This document shows, in pieces, positions 7,190 through 15,756 of a stretch of 29,678 bases of DNA; the first letter of the stretch is position 1, and each line of letters begins with the position of its first letter. The notes beneath the pieces were generated by a model. That model made no database searches. It was given only the letters and a program-made list of their open reading frames with translations, and was not told where the DNA came from. Both the position numbers and the translations under genes were made by a program. Origin of the DNA: a virus (Duplodnaviria > Caudoviricetes). The DNA lies in IMG/VR virus record IMGVR_UViG_3300021962_000456, positions 1-29,678 of that record; one strand, 5' to 3'.

Positions 7190-9540
7190 TGAATAGGAGC
7201 GTACAACTATACATCGAAGGTCAACGTATTGAGTTATTCCAAGATGAGGCGATCCAAGTAACGTCATCTATTCAAAACGTACAAGACCTATCCAAAACAT
7301 ATACGGACTTCTCTCAAGGATTTACCGTTCCTGCCAGTTCGCACAATAACGCAATCTTTGAACATTGGTATCAGTCAGATGTCAACGCAACAAATGACCC
7401 TAACATACGAAGAGATGCATACATCGAGATTGACCTTACAACTTTCAGGAAGGGAAAGATACAATTAGAAGGAGCAGTAATCACTAACGGCAAACCATCA
7501 GCATACAACATCACGTTCTTTGGTGAGGGAGTAACGCTTAAAGATTTATTTGGAGAGGACTTACTTTCTGATTTGGACTATACGCCATACACTCACGATT
7601 ATACCTCCGATGAGGTTCAATTTCGAATCGAGGATGCAACAGACTACTACAATGTCAAGTATCCTTTGGTAACGTCTAATCGCATTTGGGAGTACAACTC
7701 TATTCCTGCTAATGTGCCTCTGCCAAATTGGTTAGTAAGTACGCTAACGGCAAATGATATCAACACTACTTCAGGTGCGATAGATAAAGACGAACTGTTC
7801 CCTGCTTTGAGGGTAACTAAAGTCCTTGAGGCTATTGAATCAAAATATGGAATCACGTTCAAAGGTACGTTTCTAACCGATGAGCGTTTGACTAAATTGT
7901 TCTTATGGTTTAAGGGTAAGGAAACTTTGATTACAAGCTCCGTCCAAGAAGATGTTGATTTTACTTCCGTATCTCCTACTTATACAACATACGATTTATC
8001 AGGCTATGTAAACACGGCTACAAATGAGATTCAAGTACAATTTATAGATAATGAAATAATAAGGCACGTCATCACGCTTAACGTCAACTCGGTAACTTCA
8101 ACGAGCGTTTACTATGTAGACATCTATCAAAATGGAAACCTTATAAACACCATTTCAAGTAGCGGTATAGATTCGATTGTACTGGCAAACATCTACTCCG
8201 TTTCAGGATTAGACGTTACTTACAATTTCAAAATCAGAGGTGATGGCTCAAATACGTTAGGCATTGCTTTGACTTACGGAGTTGACTACATCTTATCAGG
8301 TGTTTTAGAAACTGACTTTGTAGATATTACTGCATCAAATGTCAGTATCAGCACAAATGTAAACCTATCGGCTAACGCTCCGCAAATGAAAGTTCAAGAC
8401 TTTGTTAAAGGGCTTATGCTGATGTTCAATATGACTATCTACTCAATCAAAGACAATGAGTATTGGTTAGAGCCTTTGGACGATTGGTACTCTAAAGGAG
8501 CAGTCATAGACATCACGTCATTCACGGATGTTACGAGCATTGAGCATAACAGAATGCCTCTTTATAAGAAGATTGGATTCCAATTCCAAGAGTCAGAAAG
8601 TTTTATGAATAAGAACTTCTCGCAGACGTACAATAGAAACTACGGAGACACGATGTATCAGTATAACTATGACGGAGGTGAGTTTGTTATTGACGTGCCA
8701 TTTGAAAACCTGTTAGGGCAGAAATTTACAGGAACTGATTTACAAGTAGGATACTCGCTTAATACTTCATTTGCTCCGTATGTACCGAAGCCGATTTTAT
8801 TTTATCAGTACGATAATCAATCAGCTACTTTTAAATTCAAAGACGATGGAGGAGGTACAAACACGATCACAACTTATACTCCATTTGGTCAAGACTTGCT
8901 ATACAACGGGAATGATGTTACGTTAAACTTTGCACCTGAAACTTCATCTTTGCTTTTGGAAGCTATTCAAGTTACAGGATTCTCGCAGTATTACTTCAGT
9001 TATTTGTACAACCTTTACAACTTGAAGCAACGATTGGTCAACGTAAAGACGAACCTACCTACGAGCTTAGTAACAGGCCTACAATTAAACGATAGATTAG
9101 TAATCAGAGATAAGAGGTACATCATTAACGAAATGAAAACGAACTTATCTACTGGTGATGTTGACCTTCAATTAATTTTAGACTTTAGACCTGTCATCAA
9201 CTCTACTCAAACCACACCTGTAGTATCTCCTAACGGAGGTGATGTTCTCATTCCTGTAATCCTTGACAATAACGCAACGCAGATAGGATTGTCAAGTTCT
9301 ATAAGTGACGTTTCTTTCAGTCATAGTATCGTCTATGAGGAGCGTATGGTTACGGTAACTATCGGAGCGAGTAATGTAGAGTTCACAATGATAACTGAGA
9401 GTGGAGATATATTAGCATCTGAAAGGGCGGAACAAATAACAACCGAAGGAGAGGAGAGCAGATTGATTGACGTTTCATTGACCTCTACCTATCCTGACGG
9501 AAGCACATCAAGAAGAACGATTTATATTATACAACAATGA
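7189..9540 (+). CDS. Large tail tip/hub protein
   Basis: 783 aa, beta-rich; FSQGFTVPASSHNNAIF N-terminal motif; near the tape measure gene. Confidence 0.65.
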   Translation: MNRSVQLYIEGQRIELFQDEAIQVTSSIQNVQDLSKTYTDFSQGFTVPASSHNNAIFEHWYQSDVNATNDPNIRRDAYIEIDLTTFRKGKIQLEGAVITNGKPSAYNITFFGEGVTLKDLFGEDLLSDLDYTPYTHDYTSDEVQFRIEDATDYYNVKYPLVTSNRIWEYNSIPANVPLPNWLVSTLTANDINTTSGAIDKDELFPALRVTKVLEAIESKYGITFKGTFLTDERLTKLFLWFKGKETLITSSVQEDVDFTSVSPTYTTYDLSGYVNTATNEIQVQFIDNEIIRHVITLNVNSVTSTSVYYVDIYQNGNLINTISSSGIDSIVLANIYSVSGLDVTYNFKIRGDGSNTLGIALTYGVDYILSGVLETDFVDITASNVSISTNVNLSANAPQMKVQDFVKGLMLMFNMTIYSIKDNEYWLEPLDDWYSKGAVIDITSFTDVTSIEHNRMPLYKKIGFQFQESESFMNKNFSQTYNRNYGDTMYQYNYDGGEFVIDVPFENLLGQKFTGTDLQVGYSLNTSFAPYVPKPILFYQYDNQSATFKFKDDGGGTNTITTYTPFGQDLLYNGNDVTLNFAPETSSLLLEAIQVTGFSQYYFSYLYNLYNLKQRLVNVKTNLPTSLVTGLQLNDRLVIRDKRYIINEMKTNLSTGDVDLQLILDFRPVINSTQTTPVVSPNGGDVLIPVILDNNATQIGLSSSISDVSFSHSIVYEERMVTVTIGASNVEFTMITESGDILASERAEQITTEGEESRLIDVSLTSTYPDGSTSRRTIYIIQQ

Positions 9541-9698
9541 TACAACGGATAGTTCAAATGCTAAAAATAGACGAACACTACGGGATTAGTGAGTTCGTAG
9601 ACATAGCCAAAGGTAAGTACAAGTTAAACACGTCTCTGAAGAAAGCGTACAAACAAGGAAAACGAGAACTTATAAATAAACGAAATGGCAGAGGTTAA
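9537..9698 (+). CDS. Small basic protein (53 aa, MIQRIVQMLKIDEHYG...DIAKGKYK)
   Basis: Manually translated; ATGA overlap upstream; fills the gap. Confidence 0.65.
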   Translation: MIQRIVQMLKIDEHYGISEFVDIAKGKYKLNTSLKKAYKQGKRELINKRNGRG

Positions 9699-11574
9699 AA
9701 CAGTAAAAATAAATGTAGATACTAAAGGAGCAGTTGATGCAATGGAGAACCTCTCCAAAGCTACTCACGATGTTTCAGCAAGTTTTGAGGAAGTTTATGG
9801 TGATATACAACCGCTTACTGCTCGTATGGGTGAGGCTGAAGACCGCTTATATGAGTTAGCTAACGCAGGTAAAACCACAACTCAAGAATATAAAGACCTA
9901 TTAGAAACAGTAGGAAGGTATCGTAAGGTTCAAATCCAAACGGATTTAGCAGTAGACTCTGCTGCAACTACTATGGCTCAAAAACTTGGCGGTGCTTTAG
10001 GAGGTATTTCGGCTGGTTTTTCACTTGCTGAGGGTATAATGGGTACTTTTGGCATAGAGTCAGAGAAGGTAGAGAAAACATTAGTTAGGATTCAGTCAGC
10101 AATGGCTATTTCTCAAGGTGTTCAAGGGTTAAAAGAAGCTATCCCTACATTCAAGCAATTAGGTACAGTTGCTATGAATGCCTTAAAGGGAATTAGAACA
10201 GGAATTGCTGCAACAGGTATCGGAGTTTTCTTAGTTGCTATTGGTACTATTGTAGCTTATTGGGATGAAATCAAAGCAGCGGTAAGCGGTGTATCTGATG
10301 AACAAGAGAGGCTTAATAAACAAACTGAATTAAATGTTTTAAGTCAACAAGCAAAGCTCGACTCTCTTAATGGTCAAGACAATATTTTAAAACTTCAAGG
10401 TAAATCAGAGAAAGAAATTTTAGAACTTAAACTTTCACAAACTGATGCAGTATTATTAGCTACTCAAGCACAATTAGAGCAACAAGAAAACACTAAGAAA
10501 GCTGAGGTTGCTGCCGCTAAAAGAAATTATGATATTACAAAAATGATTGTAAGGGGTGCTATTGAAATTGCAGCAGTAGGATTGCGATTACTGGCAGCAC
10601 CGATTGACTTAGTTCTTGAAACTGCTAATGCTGTATCGGAGGCATTAGGTTTTGGTAAGATAACAACTACAAATATAAACAAGGAGATTAGCAAACTTAC
10701 TGAATCGGCAGCAAGTGGTATATCTAAATTTATATTTGACCCACAACAAATAGCAGCAGATACAAACGAAGGAATAAGGGAAACTAAAGCCTCAATCACT
10801 AAACTAAAAAACGAAAAGGCAGGTTTAATTCTTTCAATTCGTGCTATTGACAAACAAGATAGGCAACAAGCAACCAAAGAGAAAAAAGAGAGTGTCAAGA
10901 AGGAAGAGGAAGAGATAGAACTGATAAAGCGTGAATCAGGACTAAAGGCTATAAACAATCTTCAAAAGCAAAGAGATGCTGAATTAGAGGTAACTAAAAA
11001 GGCATTAGAAGAGGAGGCTAAACTCAGAGAAGAAGCTGCACAAAAAGAACTTGAACGCCAAAAGAAATTACAAGAGGATAAATCTAAATTAGTTTTCGAT
11101 TCACTTAATCTTATATCGGAGATAACAAGTCTATTTGGACAAAAGAACGAACGTGTAGCAAGAGCAATGTTTAATATTGACAAGGCAGCGAGATTAGCAT
11201 CGGCTACAATGTCTGCTCGTGAGGGTGTGATTAATGCATTTAGGACTGCTCAAGACTCACCATACACCGCCGTGTTTCCTGCTTATCCATTTATTCAAGC
11301 AGGACTTGCAGGTGCATTCGGAGCAGTTAACATTGCAAAGATAGCATCTCAAAAATTCCAAGCATCAGGCGGTACGTCAGATTTAGCTTCAGGTGGTGGC
11401 GGTGGTGCAGGTGGTGTATCTTCAGCAGCACCATCATTCAATGTAGTAGGTAACTCAGGGTTAAACCAACTTGCACAAATACAACAAACGCCAGTACAAG
11501 CGTATGTAGTAAGTGGAGAGGTAACATCGGCTCAGGCACTTGACCGCAACCGAATCAAAAACGCAACATTGTAG
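9685..11574 (+). CDS. Tail tape measure protein
   Basis: 629 aa, Ala/Gly-rich helical and coiled-coil, hydrophobic stretch, C-terminal QAYVVSGEVTSAQ. Confidence 0.8.
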   Translation: MAEVKTVKINVDTKGAVDAMENLSKATHDVSASFEEVYGDIQPLTARMGEAEDRLYELANAGKTTTQEYKDLLETVGRYRKVQIQTDLAVDSAATTMAQKLGGALGGISAGFSLAEGIMGTFGIESEKVEKTLVRIQSAMAISQGVQGLKEAIPTFKQLGTVAMNALKGIRTGIAATGIGVFLVAIGTIVAYWDEIKAAVSGVSDEQERLNKQTELNVLSQQAKLDSLNGQDNILKLQGKSEKEILELKLSQTDAVLLATQAQLEQQENTKKAEVAAAKRNYDITKMIVRGAIEIAAVGLRLLAAPIDLVLETANAVSEALGFGKITTTNINKEISKLTESAASGISKFIFDPQQIAADTNEGIRETKASITKLKNEKAGLILSIRAIDKQDRQQATKEKKESVKKEEEEIELIKRESGLKAINNLQKQRDAELEVTKKALEEEAKLREEAAQKELERQKKLQEDKSKLVFDSLNLISEITSLFGQKNERVARAMFNIDKAARLASATMSAREGVINAFRTAQDSPYTAVFPAYPFIQAGLAGAFGAVNIAKIASQKFQASGGTSDLASGGGGGAGGVSSAAPSFNVVGNSGLNQLAQIQQTPVQAYVVSGEVTSAQALDRNRIKNATL

Positions 11575-11597
11575 AACTAAAAAGTTGAATAGATATG
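11563..11597 (+). promoter_or_regulatory. Candidate late-promoter motif abutting ATG
   Basis: ACA(-29)...AGTT-GAATAGAT-ATG. Confidence 0.5.
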
Positions 11598-12173
11598 AAA
11601 GTTATTGAATTGATAATTGACGAGAAGGACTTACAAAGCGGAATAGATGCCGTTTCAGTAGTTGAGAGTCCTGCCATAGAGGAGAACTTTATTGCCTTAG
11701 CAAAACACGAAGTAGAACTCAAAGAAGTTGACAAAGAGAAACGTATCTTAATGGGTGCTGCTTTGATCCCTAACAAGAAAATCTATCGTGTAAATGCAAA
11801 AAAAGAGGAGTATTACATCTACTTCTCGGAGGACACGGTGCGTAAATCTATGGAGCTATTCTTCAAGCGTGGTAACCAAGGTCAAGCTACCATAGAGCAT
11901 AAAGATGCCTACGTTCCTGGTATGACCGTTGTTGAATCTTGGTTGATTGAAGATGAGGTACACGACAAATCTAAGAAGTACGGATTCAGCTTACCGAAAG
12001 GAACTTGGATGATTTCTATGAAAGTTGAGAACGATGAGGTGTGGCAAGACGTAAAAGACGGCAAGGTTAAAGGATTCTCAATAGAGGGTTACTTCGCTGA
12101 TAAATTAGAAATGTCTTTAGAGCAACAAAAGAAAAATGAAATTATTGAACAACTTAAAGACTTACTAAAATAA
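11595..12173 (+). CDS. Putative prohead serine protease (XkdF-like)
   Basis: ATIEH, VESWLI, PKGTWMISMKV and VKGFSIEG motifs. Confidence 0.8.
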   Translation: MKVIELIIDEKDLQSGIDAVSVVESPAIEENFIALAKHEVELKEVDKEKRILMGAALIPNKKIYRVNAKKEEYYIYFSEDTVRKSMELFFKRGNQGQATIEHKDAYVPGMTVVESWLIEDEVHDKSKKYGFSLPKGTWMISMKVENDEVWQDVKDGKVKGFSIEGYFADKLEMSLEQQKKNEIIEQLKDLLK

Positions 12174-12178
12174 AAACA

Positions 12179-12544
12179 ATGAACAATATCCTAAACAAAA
12201 TAGCTCAAATGGAGCGCAACGCAGCAGAGTTACAAGGTGTAGAATTAGCTAAACACGAAGTAGAGTTAGCTATGGTTCAGTTAGACACATTAAAATCTGA
12301 AATAGTAAAAACCATGAAGGATGGTATTGATTATTACGAAAAGACTAAAAGTGAATTTGAAAATTCAAAAACACAATTGACAAGGAGATATGAGTATTTA
12401 GATAAGAAAGCAAATAAAACACTTGCGGAATATACTTCTAAAGCTAAAGAACTTGGACTTGCTCCTAACGACATACCTAACCTTAAAGATATGTGGGATA
12501 CAATGACTGAATATGGTAATATTTATAGAAAAATTATTAAATAA
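12179..12544 (+). CDS. Putative internal head protein (helical), paralog A
   Basis: In the head module; VELAKHEVELA and KAKELGL..IP motifs shared with 12789. Confidence 0.6.
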   Translation: MNNILNKIAQMERNAAELQGVELAKHEVELAMVQLDTLKSEIVKTMKDGIDYYEKTKSEFENSKTQLTRRYEYLDKKANKTLAEYTSKAKELGLAPNDIPNLKDMWDTMTEYGNIYRKIIK

Positions 12545-12545
12545 A

Positions 12546-12752
12546 ATGACAAAATTCAAAACACCAAGCAAGGCAAGTCCTCGTCAAGGTTCAAGAAGAG
12601 GTTGCCTATGTAAAGACGGAACATACTCAACTAAGTGTTGTGATGGCAGTTTACAAGCTCAAGGCATCGGTAAAACTGCTGAGGTAAACGAACCTGCTCC
12701 TACTCAAACTGAGGTCAACGGAGTAAGGACTATCATACGTCAAAACGGATAA
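12546..12752 (+). CDS. Small Cys-rich protein (GCLCKDGTYSTKCCDGSLQAQGIG)
   Basis: ATG at 12546 preferred; CxC...CC cluster. Confidence 0.7.
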   Translation: MTKFKTPSKASPRQGSRRGCLCKDGTYSTKCCDGSLQAQGIGKTAEVNEPAPTQTEVNGVRTIIRQNG

Positions 12753-12756
12753 AAAT

Positions 12757-12791
12757 AAAACAAATATAAATCTAAAAATTGTATAAGTATG
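12757..12791 (+). promoter_or_regulatory. Candidate late-promoter motif abutting ATG
   Basis: AAAACAAA...AATT-GTATAAGT-ATG. Confidence 0.45.
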
Positions 12792-13145
12792 AACACTACA
12801 AAATCAGTTTACAATAAGCTCTTCAAAGAGGAAACTCAATTAGCTTCTCACGAGGTTCATTTGGCTACTTTAGATATGGTTAAAGCTATGACTCAAGATT
12901 CTTTATCATTGTATAAAAGAGGTCAAGAATACGCTAAAGAAATGGAAGCATTCATTAAAAAATCTCGTGTACTTAATGCTGAAGCAGATGCTTTAAGTAA
13001 AGGACTTGAAAAAGAACTTAACGAATTTGAAAAACAAGCTAAAGATTTAGGCTTAAATGTATCTAATTTGCCTGAATTTAAAAAAGCAGTTGATTCTTTA
13101 GGGCCGTTAGACAATATCTTTAAAATGACTCAACGATTTAAATAA
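12789..13145 (+). CDS. Putative internal head protein (helical), paralog B
   Basis: QLASHEVHLA and QAKDLGL..LP motifs shared with 12179. Confidence 0.6.
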   Translation: MNTTKSVYNKLFKEETQLASHEVHLATLDMVKAMTQDSLSLYKRGQEYAKEMEAFIKKSRVLNAEADALSKGLEKELNEFEKQAKDLGLNVSNLPEFKKAVDSLGPLDNIFKMTQRFK

Positions 13146-13151
13146 AAACAA

Positions 13152-13754
13152 ATGAACGAAAAATCAATCTTAAACAAAGTCCGCACACTTTTAGGTTTAG
13201 AAGTGAAGTTGGAAACAATGAAGCTAACGGACGGAGTATCTATGCTCGAAGCAGAAGTATTCGAAGCAGGACAACCTGTATTCATCCTAACTGAAGACGA
13301 ACAACGCATCGCACTTCCTATTGGAGAGTATGAATTAGAAGATGGTCGTGTTTTGGTAGTTATCGAAGAAGGTGTTATCGCTGAGATCAAAGAGGTAAAA
13401 GAAGAAGAAGAAATGCCTGAAGCACCTGCTCAAGAACCTGCCGAGGTAGAAGAGGAAGTTGCTGCATCTACTGAAGCTCCACAAGCTAAAAAAATCGTTG
13501 AGTCTATCGTTAAAGAATCTTTCTTCAGCGAAATAGAAGCACTTAAAAAAGAGAACGAAGAATTGAAAGCGAAACTTTCAGCACAAGCTACTGAAGTTGC
13601 AGAAGAAGTTGCACCAGTTGAATTGAGCGAAGAGCCTAAGCCTATTTCTTTCAATCCTGAAAACTCTCAACCATCTGACGTATTCAAGTTTGCATCTAAA
13701 CGAAATGCAACAACTATGGATAGCGTATTAAATCGAATTTCAAACATTAAATAA
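13152..13754 (+). CDS. Putative capsid scaffolding protein
   Basis: Very acidic, coiled-coil; directly upstream of the major capsid gene. Confidence 0.7.
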   Translation: MNEKSILNKVRTLLGLEVKLETMKLTDGVSMLEAEVFEAGQPVFILTEDEQRIALPIGEYELEDGRVLVVIEEGVIAEIKEVKEEEEMPEAPAQEPAEVEEEVAASTEAPQAKKIVESIVKESFFSEIEALKKENEELKAKLSAQATEVAEEVAPVELSEEPKPISFNPENSQPSDVFKFASKRNATTMDSVLNRISNIK

Positions 13755-13763
13755 TTAATAAAA

Positions 13764-14714
13764 ATGGCTACAACCACTTCAATCACTACTACTTACGCTG
13801 GTGAATTTGCAGGTAAGTACATCGCTGCAGCTTTATTGTCTGCTCCAACTCTTGACAAAGGCGGTATCACTATCGCTCCTAACGTTAAGTACAAGCAAGT
13901 AATCAAAAGAGTATCTACTGACGGTATCATCAAAAACGCTACTTGTGATTTTGACCCTACGTCTACAATCACTTTGACCGAGCGTGTTCTTCAACCTGAA
14001 TCATTCCAAGTAAACTTACAACTTTGTAAAGCTGACTTCCGTTCAGATTGGGATGCTATCCAAATGGGTTACTCTGCATTTGACACATTGCCTAAATCTT
14101 TCGCTGATTTCCTTATCGCTCACGCTGCTGAAAAAGTTGCTGCAGGTATGGAAACTTCAATTTGGAGAGGTGTTAATGCAACTGCTGGTGAGTTCGCAGG
14201 TATTATGACTCAATTGACTACTGATGCTTCTCTTCCTGCCGCTCAAGAAGTTGCTGGTACTACTGTAACTGCTGCTAACGTTATTACCGAGCTTGGTAAA
14301 ATCGTTGATGCTTGTCCTGCTTCAGTATACGGAAAAGAAGATTTGACTCTTTATGTATCAAACAACATCTATCGTGCTTACGTTCGTGCATTGGGTGGCT
14401 TCGCTGCTTCAGGTGTAGGTGCTAACGGTTACGATAACAAAGGTACAAACCAATCTTTGGGTGACCTTTACTTCGATGGTGTTCGTGTATTTATGGCAAA
14501 TGGTCTTGCTTCTAACACTGCATTGTTAGCTCAAAAATCTAACCTTTACTTCGCAACAGGTTTGTTAAACGATATGAACGAAGTTAAAGTATTGGATATG
14601 GGAATGCTTGACGGTTCTGACAACGTTCGTGTAGTAATGCGTTTCACTGCTGATGCTAAATACGGATTTGCTGAAGACGTAGTAACTTACGGAATCACTA
14701 ACTCTGCTAACTAA
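13764..14714 (+). CDS. Major capsid protein
   Basis: 316 aa; strong high-expression codon bias; follows protease and scaffold; followed by a terminator. Confidence 0.8.
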   Translation: MATTTSITTTYAGEFAGKYIAAALLSAPTLDKGGITIAPNVKYKQVIKRVSTDGIIKNATCDFDPTSTITLTERVLQPESFQVNLQLCKADFRSDWDAIQMGYSAFDTLPKSFADFLIAHAAEKVAAGMETSIWRGVNATAGEFAGIMTQLTTDASLPAAQEVAGTTVTAANVITELGKIVDACPASVYGKEDLTLYVSNNIYRAYVRALGGFAASGVGANGYDNKGTNQSLGDLYFDGVRVFMANGLASNTALLAQKSNLYFATGLLNDMNEVKVLDMGMLDGSDNVRVVMRFTADAKYGFAEDVVTYGITNSAN

Positions 14715-14737
14715 TCATAGCTGACTATAAATAATCG

Positions 14738-14766
14738 GGGAGGGGTACAACGCTCCTCCCTTTTTT
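14738..14766 (+). terminator. Rho-independent terminator after the capsid gene
   Basis: GGGAGGGGT-acaac-GCTCCTCCC followed by TTTTTT. Confidence 0.85.
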
Positions 14767-14788
14767 ATAACTTTTAAAACTTAAAAAA

Positions 14789-15340
14789 ATGTCTTGTGAT
14801 TTAGCAAATGGTAGATTGGAAGTATGTAAAGATGCCGTAGGTGGTATCGATGCAGTTTACTTCATCAACTTTGGGGATTATGATTTCCCTTCAGGAATTA
14901 CTTATGACGGAACTAACGGAGACGTTGTTGATGCCGTTTCAGGTGTTTCTAACCTATACAAATACGAACTCAAAGGAACTAACACTTTTGACCAAGTATT
15001 CAACTCTTCTCGTGAAAACGGAACTGCTTTCGTTGAGCAAACTTTGACAATGACTTTAAAGAAGCAAGATGCTACTACACACAAGTCAGTTAAATTACTT
15101 GCTTACGGCAGACCTCACGTTATTATCCGTAACCGCAACAATCAATTCTTTTTGGCAGGTATTGAACACGGAATGGAATTGACTACTGCAAACGCAACTA
15201 ACGGAACTGCAATGGGTGACCTTAACGGATACACTTTGACTTTTGTAGGCCAAGAAAAAATCTATGCTAATCTTATCGATGTAGCTTCAGAATCCGCATT
15301 GGCTACTGCCTTTGGTTCAGCTACTATTGTAACTGCTTAA
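14789..15340 (+). CDS. Putative major tail tube protein
   Basis: 183 aa; CKDAVGGI start, GYTLTFVGQE end; high-expression codon bias. Confidence 0.7.
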   Translation: MSCDLANGRLEVCKDAVGGIDAVYFINFGDYDFPSGITYDGTNGDVVDAVSGVSNLYKYELKGTNTFDQVFNSSRENGTAFVEQTLTMTLKKQDATTHKSVKLLAYGRPHVIIRNRNNQFFLAGIEHGMELTTANATNGTAMGDLNGYTLTFVGQEKIYANLIDVASESALATAFGSATIVTA

Positions 15341-15360
15341 TTGGTTTCTTCATAGCGTGT

Positions 15361-15394
15361 AAAGAGGGAGGCTTCGGCTTCCCTTTTTTATTTT
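15361..15394 (+). terminator. Rho-independent terminator
   Basis: GGGAGGC-TTCG-GCTTCCC followed by a T tract. Confidence 0.88.
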
Positions 15395-15429
15395 AAAACA
15401 AATCGTGTTTTTTTAGTTAATTAAGTATG
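15395..15429 (+). promoter_or_regulatory. Candidate late-promoter motif abutting ATG
   Basis: AAAACAAA...AGTT-AATTAAGT-ATG, immediately after a terminator. Confidence 0.55.
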
Positions 15430-15756
15430 ATAGTTCTAACGACATCAACATCAGCTCAAACGTTTTCTTTCATTCCGAGAGATACACCAAACGTGATGAA
15501 GATTACTGATGACCAAACTAACGTAACTCAAACGATAGCGATCGTATCGCAAACTACTGGCGATTACTTGTCGACTATTGAGGCAGAGTTTACACTTACT
15601 GAAGGACACTACTACGATTTAGTTCTTTACAAAAACACGGATATTGTCTATAAGGATAGAATCTTTTGTACTGACCAAAACATCGTAACATTCTCCGTAA
15701 ACAACGGACAATATACATCTAATACAACATCAAATACGTTCATAGTTTATGAGTAA
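15427..15756 (+). CDS. Small beta-rich structural protein
   Basis: 109 aa; overlaps the portal start. Confidence 0.6.
   Translation: MIVLTTSTSAQTFSFIPRDTPNVMKITDDQTNVTQTIAIVSQTTGDYLSTIEAEFTLTEGHYYDLVLYKNTDIVYKDRIFCTDQNIVTFSVNNGQYTSNTTSNTFIVYE

Noticed and set aside
11384-11430. GGTGGT/GGC low-complexity run
   Set aside because: Encodes the Gly-rich linker of the tape measure C-terminus; no separate DNA-level signal.
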